Below, in pieces: positions 7,772-15,881 of a DNA stretch of 22,185 bases. The notes beneath the pieces are model-generated. The model searched no databases and was not told the DNA's origin. It saw only the letters and a program-made list of their open reading frames with translations. Positions within the stretch are counted from its first letter, which is position 1, and each line of letters begins with the position of its first letter. Where the stretch lies: assembly GCA_041586955.1 (NCBI GenBank), contig JBFGZE010000055.1, forward strand, positions 1 to 22,185, in the 5' to 3' direction. Source of the stretch: Bacteriovoracaceae bacterium. Its GTDB lineage: Bacteria; Bdellovibrionota; Bacteriovoracia; Bacteriovoracales; Bacteriovoracaceae. The translations under genes were made by a program, and so were the position numbers.

Positions 7772-9909
7772 TCCTCATCCTCCTGTCCAATATCCGTACC
7801 AATACGCTGGAGATAGGCAATCAAAGCAATAATTTCTTTATCCTGCATATCCATTGACACACCAAATTCGGCCAGCCCTTCAGTAATTTCGTTGGCCTGC
7901 TCACGGGCCGTTTCATAACCCTTATCAATTTCCTCAGCAGAATATGGAACACCAAGGGCGGTCATCACTTCCATTTTCTTTTGAATTAATTTGAAATTAA
8001 CTTTGTTTTTAAAGAGCCATGGATATTCCGGCATAATGGAATCTGGAGTCACAGCACGGGGATCTAACATATGCTTATAATGCCACATATTGGGATATTT
8101 CCCACCAACCCGTGCGATATCTGGTCCGATGCGACGAGAGCCCCATTGAAATGGATGATCATAAACAGATTCCGCGGCCATGGAAGGTTTACCATAACGC
8201 AATTTTTCGGCGACCATGGGTCTCACCATTTGTGAGTGGCAAACATAACAACCCTCTTTAATGTAAATATCACGCCCCAAAAGTTCCAGTGGAGTATAGG
8301 GAGAAACGTCTTCTTTTTTCTCAATAAAGTCATCGGCCATTAAGCTGGGTAATATTTCAATGGCACTCCCCACGAGAATCGCGAGAACCGAAAGAACACT
8401 AAAGATCAAAGGTAATCCCTCTAATTTCCGATGCCCACTATCGTGGCCATCGGACTTAAAGTTAAGCGGTGGGGCCTGGAAGACATCTTCTTTGACATCC
8501 TTAGGAGCATTCACAATGGTCTTCATTAAATTATAAATCATGATAATAAAGGAGAAGAGCACGAAGACGCCGCCAAATGCCCGCACCCAATACATCGGTA
8601 CAATACGAACAATAGTTTCGACAAAGTTAGGATAAAGAAGGTTTCCTGTAGAAGGGTCAATCGCTTGCCACATCGAACCTTGAGTAATGCCCGCGACCCA
8701 CATTGAAACAATATAAAGAAGCAGACCAATCGTTCCAGTCCAAAATTGAATATTACCTAAACGTTCACTATATATTTGAGTTTTCCATAATTTGGGAACC
8801 ATATAATAAAGGACCCCAGCAATCATAAAATAATTCCAACCAATAGTGCCTGAATGCACGTGGCCGACGATCCAATCGGTAAAGTGCCCTAAAGCATTAA
8901 CTGATTTAATCGCCAAAAGAGGTCCTTCAAAGGTTGCCATTCCATAAAACGTAACCGCTGAGGCCAAAAATTTAAGTACTGGCTCGCGGCGTACCCGATC
9001 CCAAGCCCCCCTTAAGGTTAGGAGACCATTAATCATTCCCCCCCAGCTTGGTGCCCATAAACTGACGCTAAAAACCATTCCAAGGGTTTGCAACCACTCG
9101 GGAAGAGCGGTGTAAAGTAAATGGTGTGGCCCGGCCCAAATATAAATAAAAACCAAAGACCAAAAATGAATAATCGATAAGCGGTAGCTATATACCGGAC
9201 GGTTAATGGCCTTGGGAATAAAGTAATACATAAGGCCTAAAAAAGGAGTGGTTAAAAAGAAGGCGACGGCATTATGCCCGTACCACCATTGAATCAAAGC
9301 ATCTTGCGCCCCTGCAAAGACAGAATAACTTTTCATCAAATCGACAGGAAGCGCTAGCGAATTAACAATATGAAGAACCGCCACCGTTAAAATTGTGGCT
9401 ATATAAAACCAAATAGCGACATAAATATGCTTTTCACGACGGCGTTTCAATGTGCCAAAAAAGTTAACTCCAAAAATGACCCAAACCGCAGCAATGGCAA
9501 TATCAAATGGCCATTCCAACTCGGCGTATTCTTTACCAGTAGAAAAGCCCAACATTAACGAGACGGCCCCCAGTAGAATTATTAGCTGCCAACCCCAAAA
9601 ATGGATTCGCCCTAAAAAATCATTAAAAAGACGCGCTTTACAGAGTCTTTGCAAGGAGTAATAGGTTCCAGCAAAAATACCATTCCCAGCAAAGGCAAAG
9701 ATGGCGGCATTGGTATGTAAAGGTCGCAAACGCCCGAAGGTCATCCACTCAAGCCCCATATTAACTTTCCAATCCGCTAATTGAAAAGCGATGGTGACCC
9801 CCAAAAGCATCGCCACAAAACCCCAAAAAAGAGTTGCATACACAAATAATTTGACGATTTTATCGTCATAGGAAAACGTTTCCAAATTCTCATTATGAGG
9901 ACTACTCAT
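7768..9909 (-). CDS. ccoN: Fused cbb3 oxidase subunits I/II (CcoN-CcoO)
   Basis: FGRLRPLHTNA, QWWYGHNAV, WAGPHH and GHVHSG (CcoN His ligands), followed in frame by GRDIYIKEGCYVCHSQMVRP and WGSRRIGPD (CcoO). Confidence 0.97.
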   Translation of the reverse strand: MSSPHNENLETFSYDDKIVKLFVYATLFWGFVAMLLGVTIAFQLADWKVNMGLEWMTFGRLRPLHTNAAIFAFAGNGIFAGTYYSLQRLCKARLFNDFLGRIHFWGWQLIILLGAVSLMLGFSTGKEYAELEWPFDIAIAAVWVIFGVNFFGTLKRRREKHIYVAIWFYIATILTVAVLHIVNSLALPVDLMKSYSVFAGAQDALIQWWYGHNAVAFFLTTPFLGLMYYFIPKAINRPVYSYRLSIIHFWSLVFIYIWAGPHHLLYTALPEWLQTLGMVFSVSLWAPSWGGMINGLLTLRGAWDRVRREPVLKFLASAVTFYGMATFEGPLLAIKSVNALGHFTDWIVGHVHSGTIGWNYFMIAGVLYYMVPKLWKTQIYSERLGNIQFWTGTIGLLLYIVSMWVAGITQGSMWQAIDPSTGNLLYPNFVETIVRIVPMYWVRAFGGVFVLFSFIIMIYNLMKTIVNAPKDVKEDVFQAPPLNFKSDGHDSGHRKLEGLPLIFSVLSVLAILVGSAIEILPSLMADDFIEKKEDVSPYTPLELLGRDIYIKEGCYVCHSQMVRPMVAEKLRYGKPSMAAESVYDHPFQWGSRRIGPDIARVGGKYPNMWHYKHMLDPRAVTPDSIMPEYPWLFKNKVNFKLIQKKMEVMTALGVPYSAEEIDKGYETAREQANEITEGLAEFGVSMDMQDKEIIALIAYLQRIGTDIGQEDEE

Positions 9910-10070
9910 TCATTACCCCTTTCAATTTCATTTATATCATCTGTTAATATTCGATAAGCTGGTGTTGTTAAATCTTCAAATTGATCGTCTTTAGCGGCCA
10001 ATATAAAAATTGCGATGAAAACAGATCCCAGTAATACCGAGATGGGAATCATTATATAAAGTGCATTCAT
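9906..10070 (-). CDS. ccoS: cbb3 oxidase assembly protein CcoS (54 aa; not in ORF track)
   Basis: Manual translation MNALYIMIPISVLLGSVFIAIFILAAKDDQFEDLTTPAYRILTDDINEIERGNE, matching the CcoS pattern (LY..IP.S, QF[ED]D...PA.RIL.DD); ATGA overlaps on both sides. Confidence 0.92.
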   Translation of the reverse strand: MNALYIMIPISVLLGSVFIAIFILAAKDDQFEDLTTPAYRILTDDINEIERGNE

Positions 10071-12472
10071 CTTTTTGCTCCCTTAAAATTTCCATTAAAA
10101 CTAAAAAATGTACTTGCCAATATGAAAAGAGAAATCACAGGCATAATGATTGCGGCCTTTAGGGGATCTATCCCCCCTGTAATCGCCAACGGAATGGCAA
10201 TCATATTATAAACAAGACCTATTCCAATATTTCGTAAAGTGAGAGAGTTCGTTTGATGGGCAACGCTAAAAAGTTCCTTCAATCCACTTAACTGACTTTC
10301 TTGCATAAAGATATCTGCGGCCTTTTTATTGAGATCAATACCACCATTAAAAGCGATTCCAATCTCCGCCTGTGATAATGCCAGAGAATCGTTCATCCCA
10401 TCACCAATCATAATGGCGGGGGATAATTCACCAATTTTCCATGCTTTTTCCTGTGGCATCATTTCCGCAAAGATCTCATCTTCTTTGAACCCACAACTTT
10501 TTCCAATTTCAAGCGCACATTTTTCCTTATCTCCGGTCAGTAGAAAGACTTTCTTGCCCTGAGATTTGAGCCATGTAATCAATTCCAGGGCCGATTCTTT
10601 TTGAATGTCGGCAAAAAATAATTGTGCGAGAAGGACGCCATTTTTTTTGATACAAACAACAGACTCAACGCTTTCAGTGTCCTTTTCGATGGACCAGAGA
10701 TTCCCATCAATCATCCCCTGAACACCAATCCCCAATTTTTCATGAAAGCTTTGAACATCGTTGAGACGAATATCTCCCCGTTTTTCAATGTATTGAACCA
10801 TGACTCGTGCGTAAGGGTGAGAGGACAGAGTTTCAAGCGAGTAAACAGCTTGTAAAACGTCCTCTGTTTGCTCGCCAACCCATTTTTTTAATAACGGCCT
10901 CCCATGGGTAAGAGTTCCCGTTTTATCGAAAACAATATTTTGAATTTTTCCCAATTGGCGTAAATGATTCCCCGATTTGACGATAATCCCTTGCTTGGCC
11001 AAATTGGTCATGGCAAAATTCAGAATTAAAGGTGTCCCTAGGCCAATGACACAAGGGCAAGTAATGACTAATAAGGCCAAGATGGAATTAAGTCCCAGAC
11101 CTAATGTTCCATTAAAAAGGTGAAAAATAAGTGCTGCAATGGAAACGATTCCTACCGCCGCAAGAATAAGGGTTGAGATTTTTTCACTTTTTCCTAAATA
11201 ATAATTTTCACTTAACCAATCCCCTTTTAATTTTTGATAAAAATGATGAATTTGTGATTGGTCAAATGGCCGATCAACTTCAACAATAATATCCTTGGTC
11301 AAATTGCGACAACCAGAATGAAGTATCTCTCCCTCTTCCATAAAAAGAGGTCGACTCTCTCCCGTCATAAAAGAATTATCAATATAGGCCTGCCCCGCCA
11401 CGATATGGCCCTCTATCGCCAAGGTATGGCCCTTCATAAAATAAAATTGGTCCCCCGGTAAAAGAGATTGAATTATGACTTCTTTTTTCTGATCCCCAAC
11501 GAGGGTCACAATTTCATTTTGAATAAGAGGATTGGCCTGATTATTGAGTTGTTCAGCATACTCTTGAACTCGCATAAGATAATAACGAGAGGCCAAAATT
11601 AAAAAGACAAAAATTGATAACGTATCAAAATAAATTAGCGGGTTTTTTGTAATGACGTGATAAATACTTAGGCCACTTCCGAGCGTCAAAGCAAATACAA
11701 TTGGGATGTCGAGAGAGAAATGCCCCTTTTTAATATCATAATAAGAGTTTTTAAAAAACGGGATGGAGGCATAAAAAAGAATAGGTAAAAATAAAAGAAG
11801 ACTTGCCCAATTAAAATAATGACGCCAAAACCCCATCACCCCAGCATAATGAGAGATTGCCATCAGCATGATATTTCCGGCGCAAAACCCCGCGACCGCG
11901 AGACGGGTCAAGTGAACCTTATTTTCTTTCTTTTTGTATTTCTTTCCCTCATCTAGGGACTCAATAATCTTTGGCCGATAACCAAATTGATGCAAGAGAT
12001 GGGCAACCTCTGATAAGGGGCAGTCCTTATCAAGCCATAAGGACAAAACCTTTTGATCAAAAATAAGATGAGATTGGAGAACTTGAGGCATCACCTCCGG
12101 CAGTCGCTCCATCAACCATAAACACGCAATACAATGAATGCCCTCAATATAAAATTGAACAAAACGACGCCCCTCTTTTATTTGAGTGTATTGATCTTTA
12201 ATTTCTTGATTATTGAGATAAGAATAATTTTGCTGAAATTGATCGGTCTCCCCTACCGGGGCCCCCTCCTCTTTCAATAGATAATATTGACTTAAATCAA
12301 GCTTTCCTAATAATTTAAAAACAGTGGCGCAGCCCTGGCAACAAAATAAATTCTCTTTACAAGCGACCGTTTTCCCCTGTAACCCCAAGGGACCACGACA
12401 GTGATCACAAATGGCAACCTGATTTGGTCCATCTCCCTTCCCGTCGGAAGTGATAAGTATTCCCTCTTTCAT
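10067..12472 (-). CDS. ccoI: CcoI/FixI-type copper P1B-ATPase
   Basis: N-terminal CDHC...FCCQGC, HCIAC metal-binding domain, YFD, TGES, CPC, DKTGTLT, HP, TGD, GDGMND; first gene of the cco operon; GGAGG RBS. Confidence 0.93.
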   Translation of the reverse strand: MKEGILITSDGKGDGPNQVAICDHCRGPLGLQGKTVACKENLFCCQGCATVFKLLGKLDLSQYYLLKEEGAPVGETDQFQQNYSYLNNQEIKDQYTQIKEGRRFVQFYIEGIHCIACLWLMERLPEVMPQVLQSHLIFDQKVLSLWLDKDCPLSEVAHLLHQFGYRPKIIESLDEGKKYKKKENKVHLTRLAVAGFCAGNIMLMAISHYAGVMGFWRHYFNWASLLLFLPILFYASIPFFKNSYYDIKKGHFSLDIPIVFALTLGSGLSIYHVITKNPLIYFDTLSIFVFLILASRYYLMRVQEYAEQLNNQANPLIQNEIVTLVGDQKKEVIIQSLLPGDQFYFMKGHTLAIEGHIVAGQAYIDNSFMTGESRPLFMEEGEILHSGCRNLTKDIIVEVDRPFDQSQIHHFYQKLKGDWLSENYYLGKSEKISTLILAAVGIVSIAALIFHLFNGTLGLGLNSILALLVITCPCVIGLGTPLILNFAMTNLAKQGIIVKSGNHLRQLGKIQNIVFDKTGTLTHGRPLLKKWVGEQTEDVLQAVYSLETLSSHPYARVMVQYIEKRGDIRLNDVQSFHEKLGIGVQGMIDGNLWSIEKDTESVESVVCIKKNGVLLAQLFFADIQKESALELITWLKSQGKKVFLLTGDKEKCALEIGKSCGFKEDEIFAEMMPQEKAWKIGELSPAIMIGDGMNDSLALSQAEIGIAFNGGIDLNKKAADIFMQESQLSGLKELFSVAHQTNSLTLRNIGIGLVYNMIAIPLAITGGIDPLKAAIIMPVISLFILASTFFSFNGNFKGAKR

Positions 12473-12525
12473 CCCTCCATCCTATATCATTACGCGGAAA
12501 ACTCTATGATCCTCACTTCATGAAA

Positions 12526-12543
12526 ACATGACATGAGTCATGT
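12526..12543. promoter_or_regulatory. FNR-like operator at the centre of the divergent ccoI/cytochrome c promoter
   Basis: Perfect palindrome ACATGAC-ATGA-GTCATGT (centre 12534.5). The -10 candidates CATAAT (+, 12563-12568) and TAGAGT (-, 12506-12501) are equidistant from it. Confidence 0.75.
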
Positions 12544-12596
12544 CTTTTCCAATATTTTAGGCCATAATGAGGGGCACAAACGCTGGAGGTTTTTTA

Positions 12597-12989
12597 ATGA
12601 AATTTGTTCTTATGTTGATGACTTGTTTTCTTTTTAGTTTGAATACAAATGCCGGCGATATCGCCAATGGTAAAAAGCTTTATAAAAAAATTGGTTGTAA
12701 GGCCTGCCATAAAAAAGATGGTATGGGCAAGGCCAAAATAAAAAATGGGAAACTCAAAATAACAGGTGTTGCTGGCCCTCGAATTGCTGGACTTAATGAG
12801 GAATATATTGTCGCTCAATTGAAGGCCATTCAGGGTAAAGACAAGGCCTCTGTTCGCAAAACAAGAAATACCATTAGCATGAAATCAAAAATTAAAAAGC
12901 TTACAGACAAAGACTTTACCGATCTTGCCACCTATATCTCAAAGGAATTAAGTCCAAAAGATGGTGCTTATAAAGGTATGCTCGAATAG
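12597..12989 (+). CDS. Periplasmic monoheme class I cytochrome c (c553/c4-like), very basic
   Basis: GGAGG RBS before ATG 12597; signal peptide ending TNA; CKACH; GPRIAGLNEEYIVAQL; distal Met in TISMK. Confidence 0.9.
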   Translation: MKFVLMLMTCFLFSLNTNAGDIANGKKLYKKIGCKACHKKDGMGKAKIKNGKLKITGVAGPRIAGLNEEYIVAQLKAIQGKDKASVRKTRNTISMKSKIKKLTDKDFTDLATYISKELSPKDGAYKGMLE

Positions 12990-13013
12990 AACGATCGTTC
13001 TTTTTTTAAAAAT

Positions 13014-13040
13014 AAAGCTTCCCTAGGGAAGCTTTTTTTT
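13014..13040. terminator. Intrinsic terminator between the convergent cytochrome c and cNMP-fold genes
   Basis: AAAGCTTCCC-TA-GGGAAGCTTT inverted repeat followed by a long T run (+); A-rich on the left. Confidence 0.85.
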
Positions 13041-13054
13041 TATTTAAAATAGAA

Positions 13055-13414
13055 TTAAAAATTAATGATTCGCTGAAAGATTGAGATTACTTTTTTATCA
13101 CGCCCAGACAAGATATCGAGAAGACTGGTCTTATCAATGGCGAGCAACTGGGTCCCCTTTTCGATGATCAATCCTCGATCACAAGGTATATTTTCCAGAA
13201 GTTCTCTAATACCGAAAACCTCTCCTTCCTTCATTCCAATTTTCTTTTTACCTTTAGACTTATGGCCGATCCCCTTATAGAGAACATGCCCGACGTAGGG
13301 AACCTGCCCTTCATAATGGACAGAAAAATCGGTGTCATAAGAAACAGATCTCATATGCCCTTCCAGGACACCCAGCTCATCATTAGTTAAAAGTATTTCG
13401 TATTTCTTAGTCAT
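13055..13414 (-). CDS. Stand-alone degenerate cyclic-nucleotide-binding (CRP-fold) domain protein without HTH
   Basis: YEGQVP..GHVLYKG, GEVFGIRELL...P and LLAIDK parallel the CNB beta-barrel of the adjacent regulator (MEGSPP.GLFCIQEG, GDVLG, VCFIDR); 119 aa. Confidence 0.62.
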   Translation of the reverse strand: MTKKYEILLTNDELGVLEGHMRSVSYDTDFSVHYEGQVPYVGHVLYKGIGHKSKGKKKIGMKEGEVFGIRELLENIPCDRGLIIEKGTQLLAIDKTSLLDILSGRDKKVISIFQRIINF

Positions 13415-13420
13415 GAGAGG

Positions 13421-13465
13421 ATTATAATCAACACTTCACCAAAGCTTTATGATACTTATCATAAA
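13421..13465 (-). promoter_or_regulatory. FNR-like operator plus -10 box of a probably leaderless transcript
   Basis: Perfect palindrome TTTATGAT-ACTT-ATCATAAA at 13446-13465; TATAAT at 13426-13421; 6 nt to ATG 13414, which is 41.5 bp from the palindrome centre. Confidence 0.75.
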
Positions 13466-13474
13466 ATGAAAAAA

Positions 13475-14176
13475 TTAACGTCCAGCAATTCCAGCCAGTT
13501 GATCAATATTCGCAATAATTAACTTCTTTCCTTCCTGCTTGATCACACCCTCTTCTTTAAATTCTGATAATTGGCGAATCAAAGTTTCAGTCGCAGTGGA
13601 AATGATCGAGGCCATCTCCTCTCTCGTCAACTTGATCTCAAGAAGACGACCTAAGGCATGGTCTTTCCCGTGAGACTCATTGAGAATCAATAATAATTCC
13701 GCAGTTCTCTCGCGCACATTTTTTTGAGCAAAGCTGGCGATACGATCTTCGCTATCCCCAAGACTTTTACCCAATTGACAAATAATATTTTGAGCGACTG
13801 TTGGCTCTTCCGATACCATTCGCATAATAAATTTCCGGTCAATAAAACACACTGTCGTCTCTTCGATAGCAGTTGCTGTTGCCTGAAAATTGGTATCCGA
13901 AAAAATACTACGATGGCCCAAAACATCACCATTACAGGCAATGCGAACAATGGATTCTTTTCCATCTTCACCGGTCTTAGTCAGCTTGATCGTTCCCTCT
14001 TGAATACAAAACAGGCCATAAGGAGGACTTCCTTCCATGAAAAGAGTCTGACCTTTTTTATAGGTGTTAAAGACCTTGGCCGAGCTCACTTTATCGAGGG
14101 CCTGATTCTCTAAATCGCAAAAAATCCCTTCACCTTTTGAGGGACAAGTTTGGCATTTGTGAGAATTTGTTTTCAT
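13475..14176 (-). CDS. Crp/Fnr-family regulator with FNR-type N-terminal cysteines
   Basis: CQTC-x8-C cluster plus central TTVCF Cys; CNB domain; LTREEMASIISTATETLIRQL helix-turn-helix. Start ATG 14176 with AAGGA RBS; the track start is TTG 14197. Confidence 0.92.
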   Translation of the reverse strand: MKTNSHKCQTCPSKGEGIFCDLENQALDKVSSAKVFNTYKKGQTLFMEGSPPYGLFCIQEGTIKLTKTGEDGKESIVRIACNGDVLGHRSIFSDTNFQATATAIEETTVCFIDRKFIMRMVSEEPTVAQNIICQLGKSLGDSEDRIASFAQKNVRERTAELLLILNESHGKDHALGRLLEIKLTREEMASIISTATETLIRQLSEFKEEGVIKQEGKKLIIANIDQLAGIAGR

Positions 14177-14196
14177 GAGAATATCCTTATTGTGCA

Positions 14197-14210
14197 ATGA
14201 TAAAAGTCAC
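14197..14210. promoter_or_regulatory. Second FNR-like box within the predicted regulator 5' UTR
   Basis: ATGAT-AAAA-GTCAC, one mismatch to the ATGAY-N4-RTCAT consensus. Confidence 0.5.
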
Positions 14211-14226
14211 TTCTTTTATCACCTTA

Positions 14227-14269
14227 ATCCTAAATCATTACCAGATAAAGTTTTATGACTTATATCATA
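14227..14269 (-). promoter_or_regulatory. FNR-like box and -10 of the regulator's own promoter
   Basis: TATGAC-TTAT-ATCATA at 14254-14269 (centre 14261.5); TAGGAT at 14232-14227, the same spacing as the 13421-13465 promoter. Confidence 0.65.
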
Positions 14270-14526
14270 TTTAAATTTTAAAAATTATTTATCTTACAAG
14301 TAATTTCAAACAGTTAAATTATTATGACCAACTTAATTAGTACTTTGTCGTCCTGACTTAAGTCCTAAAACTAAATTGGGAGTATTTTTAAGAAATGAAT
14401 AATATCTATAGCTCTGCCATTTAAGATAAAAGGCCTCTATTTATGGGCGAACTCATCGCAGAAAAGATTCATGCTTTTGATCAATCCAATCGAGAGGAAA
14501 TAAAATCGACTCATTCATTTTTGGCC

Positions 14527-14557
14527 AAAAAAAAGCCGGGCATCCTACCCAGCTTTT
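14527..14557 (-). terminator. Intrinsic terminator of the downstream porin gene
   Basis: Minus strand AAAAGCTGGGT-AGGAT-GCCCGGCTTTTTTTT; the G-U pairs work only on the minus strand; 25 nt after the stop. Confidence 0.85.
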
Positions 14558-14582
14558 CTGCTATCAATTTACAAATTCTTAA

Positions 14583-15758
14583 TTAGAACTTGTAAACCAT
14601 ACTTGTTCGATAAAACATATTGTCTAATTCTAGCGTACCAGCGGTACCAGCACCTATCATGCCGTCAACTTCAAGGTCTCCAAAAACTAATGTCGCCCCC
14701 GCATTTACAGAAGTGGAATCAACATAAGATCTTTTTCCATCGGCAGTACTTGAATCACCAAAATTGGCGGTCAATAATGTACCAGCAAGTCCAACCTGAG
14801 CATTGGCAAGGTTTGTTTGGTCAATCTTAGATGTTAAGTTTGAGCGTATGCCACTTCTTAGGGTTAACCAATCAGTTGCCTTAGTTTCATAACCAACATT
14901 AATAGGAATAATCATGGAATCAAATTTGGCAGGGTCAGTGGTATACTTTAACTCCACATTGATCTTTCGATAGGCAATACTGGTGTAGAGATTTCCTGAT
15001 CCAATCTCCTGAGTCCGGCCAAGGCCTATATCTAAACGTGAAAAATCACCATCAGTAATTGTCGTGGCATTGGTCTGCTCCCAGGCCAAAGTCTTATAAG
15101 AAATAAACGGTCTCCACGCCCCCAATTGATAGGAAAACCCGGTATGCACACCGGCCTTCCCCTTAAATTTGGTAATTGGAGTGGCATTGGGTAATTCTGA
15201 TTCATTACCTAAACCGAACTGAAGATAACCCTCCATATCACCATAAATAGCACCTAACCTAGCGGCCAAGGCGGAGGATTCACTTTTAGTCGCCCCTGTT
15301 GTATCATTTTCGGTTGCCGATCTTCTTAGATTAACACCCCATTTAAGTGCCTCTCCACCACCAAAAAAGATATCGAGAATATTATCCTCATCGGGAAGAT
15401 CATTACCAGTATTTGACTGAGCGGCAGTTCTTAAAAGTCCCGCGGTATCTGATTCTGCCCCAAGGTAAACTCCATAGGTAAAACCATAGGCATGAGAGAG
15501 AAAACCCCCCTCCGCTTTGGGTGAAGCTGTCGTATCCGCTGTAACCGTACCAAAGTTTTGGCCAGTAGAACCCCACTCCAGTATCAAATGATTTTGATAA
15601 TTATTAATATACGCAACATTTCTAAAAATCGACCTTTCATCGTCAATAAAAAAAGTTCCATCATCTTTGTCTTGTCCAAGGCCCATCAAGCGCGCCTTAG
15701 TCGCAAATGCCGGAGTGCTAATTAGCCCGGCGACCGCCAATGCAATTAGTGATTTCAT
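14583..15758 (-). CDS. PopA/Bd0427-like outer-membrane beta-barrel, paralog 2
   Basis: GGGAG RBS before ATG 15758; signal peptide ending AFA; ATKARL..LG, EWG and PKAEGGF motifs recalled from the Bdellovibrio major OMP; C-terminal YKF beta-signal. Confidence 0.75.
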   Translation of the reverse strand: MKSLIALAVAGLISTPAFATKARLMGLGQDKDDGTFFIDDERSIFRNVAYINNYQNHLILEWGSTGQNFGTVTADTTASPKAEGGFLSHAYGFTYGVYLGAESDTAGLLRTAAQSNTGNDLPDEDNILDIFFGGGEALKWGVNLRRSATENDTTGATKSESSALAARLGAIYGDMEGYLQFGLGNESELPNATPITKFKGKAGVHTGFSYQLGAWRPFISYKTLAWEQTNATTITDGDFSRLDIGLGRTQEIGSGNLYTSIAYRKINVELKYTTDPAKFDSMIIPINVGYETKATDWLTLRSGIRSNLTSKIDQTNLANAQVGLAGTLLTANFGDSSTADGKRSYVDSTSVNAGATLVFGDLEVDGMIGAGTAGTLELDNMFYRTSMVYKF

Positions 15759-15795
15759 AATGACTCCCATGTTTAAAGTGTAGATAACCAAAATG

Positions 15796-15825
15796 ATTGT
15801 CTCAGGAATATGAAAATTTTGTCAA
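15796..15825 (-). promoter_or_regulatory. Sigma70-like promoter TTGACA-N18-GACAAT
   Basis: TTGACA 15825-15820, TG extension, GACAAT 15801-15796. Confidence 0.55.
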
Positions 15826-15852
15826 AAAAAAACCCTCCACTAGGGAGGGTTT
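15824..15852 (-). terminator. Intrinsic terminator of the upstream porin gene
   Basis: Minus strand AAACCCTCC-CTAGT-GGAGGGTTTTTTTTT. Confidence 0.88.
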
Positions 15853-15881
15853 ATATTAAAAAATATTTTGTAATTTTTTAA

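Noticed and set aside
12988..13007. Palindrome AGAACGATCGTTCT followed by Ts
   Set aside because: Short stem once a loop is allowed; the stronger terminator 13 nt downstream explains termination.
14443..14586. 47-codon + strand ORF (MGELIAEKIHAF...)
   Set aside because: No SD, runs through the porin terminator into the porin stop, and has no recognisable features.
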